Virus record (IMG/VR): IMGVR_UViG_3300014204_000143 | Reading direction: 5' to 3' (one strand) | Length of the DNA: 64,000 nt | Origin: a virus | Lineage: Duplodnaviria > Heunggongvirae > Uroviricota > Caudoviricetes | Shown: one piece after another, positions 59,006-64,000 of the stretch | How the letters are laid out: every line of letters begins with the position of its first letter | Numbering within the stretch: the stretch's first letter is position 1 | Position numbers and translations under genes: made by a program | The notes under the pieces: model-generated | What the model was told of the DNA's origin: nothing | Seen by the model: only the letters and a program-made list of their open reading frames with translations | Databases searched by the model: none

Positions 59006-59266
59006 TTATCTTTTCCAACTAACTCCGTGTTTGTAAAACCCTGTTGCAAAAGTTGTAAATAACCACGCTATTGTGCCAAGTAAACTGTAAAAAGTATAAA
59101 AGACTATATCTCTATCAAAAGTATCTCTTGATGATGATGGATATTGTTTTTTAAAATATCCATTCATTGCTCCAACATTAAACCAGACACAAATAAAATA
59201 GATAAATATAATCAATACCGTTGTCATAGATTTACTTTGTAAGGTTGATGAACGGTAAAGTAGCAT
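59006..59266 (-). CDS. Small integral membrane protein
   Basis: 86 aa, two hydrophobic helices. Overlaps the SPFH gene's 3' end. Confidence 0.35.
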   Translation of the reverse strand: MLLYRSSTLQSKSMTTVLIIFIYFICVWFNVGAMNGYFKKQYPSSSRDTFDRDIVFYTFYSLLGTIAWLFTTFATGFYKHGVSWKR

Positions 59267-60056
59267 TTGGAATCATTTGTCCTGGTAATTTTCCGTCCCA
59301 TTTTTCGATAGACTTTAGTGCTACATAGTCTGCACCACCTTGACTGCTAATAGCCTGTGCCTGAATTTTGATTGCTTCGGCTTCACCTTTTGCTTGAGCT
59401 ATTCTCTGTTCCGCTTCATATTTACTTTGTTCTAGTTTATTTTTAGCCGCCAAAGCATCTTGTTCGGCAGTTACCTTTGCTTCGATAGCCTTGTTAAAAG
59501 ATTCTGAAAAATCAAAATTGATGATGTTGACTTGGTCAATAATAATTCCATAAGGTATCATTTTTTCTGAAAGAGTTGTTTTAATTTCGTCTCTGACAAC
59601 CTCTCGCTTAGTGATAAGCTCTTCGGCAGTATATTTTGATGTTGCCGCCTTAACGCTTTCTTGTAATGCTGGGTCAATTAGTCTTGACTTATAATCGATA
59701 CCAACTGATTTATAAATTGATAAAGCATAGTCAGGACTAAGATTAAAATTGACTGCTAATTTAGAACTGACAGTCTGTAAATCTTTGCTAGCCGCACTTG
59801 CCTCGACTTCGTCTTTTTGAACTTTAACGTCCATTTTAACAATTTTTTCAATATAAGGAACTTTTAAATTAAATCCCTCACCGACCGTTGAAATAGCCGC
59901 CCCAAATCTAACCCTAACACCTCTTTCGCCAGCATTAACGATTGACCACGAGCCAAATAAAACTGGTAACAACACAAAGAAAAATATTATAGTTGACATA
60001 ATAATTCTGCCAACGTAAACTTTTCCATCCCTTTCACTCACAAAAAAATTTTTCAT
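59232..60056 (-). CDS. SPFH/Band-7 (prohibitin/HflC-like) membrane protein
   Basis: N-terminal TM helix, then ...VNAGERGVRVRFGA...GFNLKVPYIEKIVKMDVKVQ... and a long Ala/Glu/Gln-rich coiled coil, typical of the SPFH domain. Confidence 0.75.
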   Translation of the reverse strand: MKNFFVSERDGKVYVGRIIMSTIIFFFVLLPVLFGSWSIVNAGERGVRVRFGAAISTVGEGFNLKVPYIEKIVKMDVKVQKDEVEASAASKDLQTVSSKLAVNFNLSPDYALSIYKSVGIDYKSRLIDPALQESVKAATSKYTAEELITKREVVRDEIKTTLSEKMIPYGIIIDQVNIINFDFSESFNKAIEAKVTAEQDALAAKNKLEQSKYEAEQRIAQAKGEAEAIKIQAQAISSQGGADYVALKSIEKWDGKLPGQMIPNATLPFINLTK

Positions 60057-60064
60057 AGTTTTAT

Positions 60065-60097
60065 TTTATCCCCTACTTAAATTTGAGGGGTTAATTT
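60065..60097 (-). promoter_or_regulatory. Family-C element copy 2 (TTTATCCCCTACTTAAATTTGAGGGGTTAATTT), 8 nt upstream of ATG 60056
   Basis: Perfect 5-bp inverted repeat CCCCT/AGGGG with an 11-nt loop. Confidence 0.45.
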
Positions 60098-60364
60098 ATA
60101 ATAGTCATTTTTTTTATCCCAAAGATATAATCCTTGTGGCATGGTAAATTTTTTACCAAGAGAAATATTTCCACTTTTCATTGAAAAACTTTCTCCTTTT
60201 TCAATTTTTATGAGGTTTAATTTTTCATCAAAAAACAAATCAATTCTATCTGAGTTTATTATTTTTTGTGAAGCCAACGATATTGAGATATTCACTATCT
60301 TTTCTCTCTGTATAACTCTAATCCCAAAATAATGTGTTCTTTTATTTATAAATTTTTTAAACAT
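60077..60364 (-). CDS. Hypothetical protein
   Basis: 95-aa ORF. Confidence 0.3.
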   Translation of the reverse strand: MFKKFINKRTHYFGIRVIQREKIVNISISLASQKIINSDRIDLFFDEKLNLIKIEKGESFSMKSGNISLGKKFTMPQGLYLWDKKNDYYKLTPQI

Positions 60365-60368
60365 AGAA

Positions 60369-60620
60369 TTAAAATTTAAGTTTACAATTTTTTATATGGC
60401 TTACTAAACTAACTGGATAAAATTTTATACCTTTATCCCACTCAACAAATTTAGTATCAGCCATTCTAGTAAAACAATCAAGGCAAATAAGGTTTTCTCG
60501 CTGACTTATGTGGGTAACTAATTCCCATATTTTTTTAGGAACCAAGAAATCAATTGAATATTCTCTATGGCAAAGTGAACATATTTGTCTGTGTGGTTTA
60601 CGTTCATCAGATTTTTTCAT
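60369..60620 (-). CDS. Small Zn-finger protein
   Basis: CSLCHREY...CLDCF. Confidence 0.3.
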   Translation of the reverse strand: MKKSDERKPHRQICSLCHREYSIDFLVPKKIWELVTHISQRENLICLDCFTRMADTKFVEWDKGIKFYPVSLVSHIKNCKLKF

Positions 60621-60628
60621 GTTTTTTA

Positions 60629-60660
60629 TTTATCCCCTACTTAAATTTGAGGGGTTAATT
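60629..60660 (-). promoter_or_regulatory. Family-C element copy 3, 8 nt upstream of ATG 60620
   Basis: Identical core to copy 2. Confidence 0.45.
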
Positions 60661-61099
60661 TTTTATTTGATAAATATCTTTTTTGATTAGCAATGATTCT
60701 GGTTGCGTTTTCTTTGTAGTAGCACTTGACACATAGTCCATTTCCTTTGTGTTTTCTTTTGACAGTTCCACATTTTTTACACTTTTTGTATCTTATAGAC
60801 CAAACTAGTTTTGAATTTATTATACACTCTTTTGAGCAAAATGAATAGGTGTTACTTTTTTCTTTCTGATAAAGTTTTCCACAAAGTTTGCAGGTGTAAT
60901 ATTTTCTTTCACGTTTGATATTCAAGTCTTTTGTGATTAAAAATATTCGCTGTTTTGAAAGACTAAACATATCCCCAATCATCTGTAACGATTTTCCCCT
61001 CGAACGTATAAGTCTTATTTTAGCGTCTCTCTCGGAATTATCAACGACTTGGTTATTTTTTAACCCCTGAATTTTTAGTTTTACTTCTTCTTCTGTCAT
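60641..61099 (-). CDS. Sigma-70 region-4-like HTH protein with C-terminal Cys-rich Zn ribbons (putative transcription regulator)
   Basis: GKSLQMIGDMFSLSKQRIFLITKDL resembles sigma region 4.2; then CKLCGK...CSKEC...CKKCG...CVKC. Confidence 0.4.
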   Translation of the reverse strand: MTEEEVKLKIQGLKNNQVVDNSERDAKIRLIRSRGKSLQMIGDMFSLSKQRIFLITKDLNIKRERKYYTCKLCGKLYQKEKSNTYSFCSKECIINSKLVWSIRYKKCKKCGTVKRKHKGNGLCVKCYYKENATRIIANQKRYLSNKKLTPQI

Positions 61100-61394
61100 A
61101 TTTTTTAGTTAAAGCTTTGATAATTTTTTTACTTACTTTTTCGAATTCTTTAAAGTCAAGTTTATTGTGTGGAAAGTCTTTTACTTTAATTTCATTTCCC
61201 GTAATACTAACCTCCCAATTTATTTGAATATTTAATTCATAATTAAACGTATCTGTATTTCTGTATTCGTTTATTTCTGCGTATATTTCTGAACAACCTT
61301 TAGTATACATCAATTTCTGCCAGCATTTATTACAATTAGGATAAATAATTTTGTTAGGTTTGAATTCTTCCCACTCATTGATTTTTGTTTTCAT
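61053..61394 (-). CDS. Hypothetical protein
   Basis: 113-aa ORF. Confidence 0.3.
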   Translation of the reverse strand: MKTKINEWEEFKPNKIIYPNCNKCWQKLMYTKGCSEIYAEINEYRNTDTFNYELNIQINWEVSITGNEIKVKDFPHNKLDFKEFEKVSKKIIKALTKKYDRRRSKTKNSGVKK

Positions 61395-61520
61395 ATTACT
61401 TTATTGTTAATTATTAAAGACCACCATATTATAAAATTTACTAAAGCGATTATTGCTAAGACTATATTAATCCACCAGTCTTTAATTATTTTAATCATAT
61501 TAATAAATAAATTGAAAGAG

Positions 61521-62900
61521 TTATCCTTTAATCACACCCAAAGGGCTTAATTCTACTAATATCTCAACTAAATCTTTTTGATTTTCCATCACGTCTTTGA
61601 TATTTTTATATGAACTTGTTGCCTCGTCTAAATCATCAGCAGTTCTAATTCCGTGGACAATTCCTTGGTCTTCTAATATTTTAATTTCATTTTCTAAGTT
61701 AAGGCTTTTTATTGCTTGTCCTCGTCCCATACATCTACCAGCTCCGTGCGAGCAAGAATTAAAACTTTCTGGATTACCTTTTCCTTTTACAATATAAGAA
61801 TTAGAACCCATTGACCCAGGGATTATTCCGATTGTGTCTTCTGTGGCAAGTGTCGCTCCTTTCCTATGAACCATTACATTTGTTCCAAAATGATTTTCCA
61901 TTCGAGCGTAATTGTGAGCGATGTTTATCATTGGCTCTGTTTTAAATCTTTTTGTTCCTTTATATACTAAATTTTTATACTCTTCTACACTTTTTTCCCC
62001 TCTTTTTTTTAGTTCGTCTAGAACTTTTTTGTCCGTAAATTCCCAATTACATCTTGCACATTTTGGATATTGACTGATAGCAAGTAACTTGTAACCACAT
62101 TTAGGACAACCGTCTCTATATATTTTTTCAAGTCTATCGCATTCATCAATAACTGAATTAAACTGTTTATTAAAGATGTTAATAATTCTCTCCATCATCA
62201 ACTTTCTATTAGCCAAAGCAAACTCAACACAATAATTCATTTCTCTAATATATGCTTTACCCTCTTCGCTATCAATTGGTAAAAAAGCTAAGTCAAATTC
62301 TTTAGGAACTTCACTGTGCCATTTTTCGTTTAATTCTTTAGCTATTTTATTATAATGGTCAGCTACTTGTTTTCCTAAATTTCTTGAACCACTATGAATC
62401 ATAATCCAAATATGTCCGTCAGAACCTTTTTGAATTTCGATGAAGTGATTGCCACCGCCAAGAGTTCCAATAGATAAACAAGCATTGTTAAACTCTTGAT
62501 TACAGATTTTTAAATCATCTGACAATTCTGGCATTAATCTGCTTTGATAAGACTCGTATTCTTTATGTTTATTGAACCCAACAGGAATAGCCCTTCTAAT
62601 TTCACCAATTATTTTTTTAAGGGTATCTTTGTCTAATTCAGTTAAAGAAGTCTTAACTGCACAAAGCCCGCACCCAGCGTCTGACCCGACCATTGACGGA
62701 CAGACTACACCTTTTAATGCAACCACTCCTCCAATAGGCATTCCAAATTTAGAGCAATGACAATCTAGCATTATTGCTACGTGGTGAAATGCAAATGGTA
62801 ATTTTACTAGATTATCAATTTGTGTCATAGCACTTTCTTCTATTTCTGGACACCAACTAAAAACTGGGATTTTGTTTTTTTCTTTTTTAAATTTTTTCAT
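61521..62900 (-). CDS. rtcB: RtcB-family RNA ligase (3'-phosphate/5'-OH) with an inserted CxxC zinc ribbon
   Basis: CPSMVGSDAGCG, GGNHFIEIQ, HSGSRNLG and SCSHGAGRCMGRGQA are RtcB core motifs. CPKCGYKLLAISQYPKCARC is an insert. Confidence 0.8.
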   Translation of the reverse strand: MKKFKKEKNKIPVFSWCPEIEESAMTQIDNLVKLPFAFHHVAIMLDCHCSKFGMPIGGVVALKGVVCPSMVGSDAGCGLCAVKTSLTELDKDTLKKIIGEIRRAIPVGFNKHKEYESYQSRLMPELSDDLKICNQEFNNACLSIGTLGGGNHFIEIQKGSDGHIWIMIHSGSRNLGKQVADHYNKIAKELNEKWHSEVPKEFDLAFLPIDSEEGKAYIREMNYCVEFALANRKLMMERIINIFNKQFNSVIDECDRLEKIYRDGCPKCGYKLLAISQYPKCARCNWEFTDKKVLDELKKRGEKSVEEYKNLVYKGTKRFKTEPMINIAHNYARMENHFGTNVMVHRKGATLATEDTIGIIPGSMGSNSYIVKGKGNPESFNSCSHGAGRCMGRGQAIKSLNLENEIKILEDQGIVHGIRTADDLDEATSSYKNIKDVMENQKDLVEILVELSPLGVIKG

Positions 62901-63087
62901 AATGTTTTAATAAATAAATTGAAAGAGTTAAATCTCGTCTACATCCATAATGTCAAAACTATCACAAACATATTCTTTAGGGAGTTTAACTATCCTGCTA
63001 ACTTTTTTAATGGCTTCGTCTTCGTCTTTAGCTTTAATGTTTACGTCGTATCGAAGAGAAATTTTAAATGTTTTATTTGTCGACATA

Positions 63088-63519
63088 TTATTCTTTTAAA
63101 AGTTTAGCTAAATCTTTATTATCAAACCTATTTCCAATTACCTTTATATTTCTTTCTTCAGCCAAACTAATTTGTTCATGATCATCATCATCGTCAGATA
63201 TTTTATCTATATACCAACCAAAACAAGTTATCCAATCTGATACACGCCCCTCTAAACTTATTTCGAATGCTCCAAATTTTACCAACCCTTTTTTAAAATC
63301 CCAATAATATTCACAACCATCAACAATATCATTTTCGTAAATACATTTTCCTTCTATATCCTTAAAGTCTAATTTTTCTCCAACGGTTTTTTCTTCTACC
63401 AAATGGTCATTGCCTGAAACATCTTTTATCCAACATCTTTTATCTAGTGTTTTAAAAAAGTATCCATAAACAAACTTATCACCACCTTTTATTTTTGCTC
63501 TGAATTTTATTTGTCGCAT
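63088..63519 (-). CDS. YopX-like phage protein
   Basis: Begins MRQIKFRAK...GYFF, the characteristic YopX-family N-terminus. C-terminal DDDDHE acidic patch. Confidence 0.45.
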   Translation of the reverse strand: MRQIKFRAKIKGGDKFVYGYFFKTLDKRCWIKDVSGNDHLVEEKTVGEKLDFKDIEGKCIYENDIVDGCEYYWDFKKGLVKFGAFEISLEGRVSDWITCFGWYIDKISDDDDDHEQISLAEERNIKVIGNRFDNKDLAKLLKE

Positions 63520-63535
63520 AATATTTAAAAATTAA

Positions 63536-63727
63536 TTAAAGAGTTGACTTTTTAAGTCCCCAATACCATCCAAGGCAACATCCGATTGGCAGTATCATCA
63601 GTATAGGGTAAATAAAATAATCTAAAAGAGTTTTTTGAGTGCCCTTTATAAACATTTCCCAGTATAGAAAATTACCAAGAAGATAAAAGGCGATAAAGAC
63701 GATTAAAATTGCTAGGTCTCTGGTCAT
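63536..63727 (-). CDS. Small membrane protein
   Basis: 63 aa, two hydrophobic helices. Confidence 0.3.
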   Translation of the reverse strand: MTRDLAILIVFIAFYLLGNFLYWEMFIKGTQKTLLDYFIYPILMILPIGCCLGWYWGLKKSTL

Positions 63728-64000
63728 ATAATTATAAGTTTTTAATTATTCCAGCTACAAGCAATTCAAAGTGAGTTCCAAGTAAAAATGAAGCACCAAC
63801 AAAGATATAATCTTGTGAAGCATATAATACGAGACAAAGACATGTGGCAACAATGACTAATGATAAATAATTAAACATAAATTAAAATTAATTAAAGAGT
63901 TTACCAACTAGCAATATACTCATATTCACAATTACTAGCATTGGGTTCGGCTAATATCTTTTCTAATTCAACTATTGTTTGTTTTATATCTTTGTAATAA

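Overview
This 64 kb window is AT-rich and densely packed with genes that often overlap or abut, which looks like part of a large (jumbo-type) bacteriophage genome or prophage rather than a cellular chromosome. Positions 1-22222 are one plus-strand block of very large structural genes. These include tail-fibre/tailspike-like proteins with Ser/Thr (STSSS)n tails, a 1648-aa protein with six copies of a ~95-aa repeat domain plus a C-terminal parallel beta-helix, an M23 peptidase and a 1692-aa tape-measure-like protein. Positions 22223-47003 are a minus-strand block. It encodes a recombination/repair module (SbcC, SbcD/Mre11-like, a second metallophosphoesterase, RuvC, HNH endonucleases), sugar-nucleotide and glycosyltransferase enzymes (RmlA, GT2), an SF2 helicase, GroEL/GroES, many small Zn-ribbon proteins, a tRNA, and a truncated alanyl-tRNA-synthetase catalytic-core homologue. 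A divergent promoter region near 47.0-47.5 kb holds three copies of a near-consensus sigma70 promoter (TTGACA-17-TATAAT/TAAACT), each with a DnaA-box-like 9-mer. From there a plus-strand block carries tRNA-like RNA(s), a GIY-YIG endonuclease, peptide deformylase, an RNA ligase, a DnaB-like ATPase, a primase Zn-finger protein, thioredoxin and an NAD-dependent epimerase. A final minus-strand block carries an SPFH protein, a sigma-like HTH protein, RtcB and a YopX-like protein. Several short repeat families sit immediately upstream of start codons and are candidate phage-specific promoter or leader elements. Shine-Dalgarno sequences are essentially absent. All calls rest on motif recognition by eye, with no database searches.
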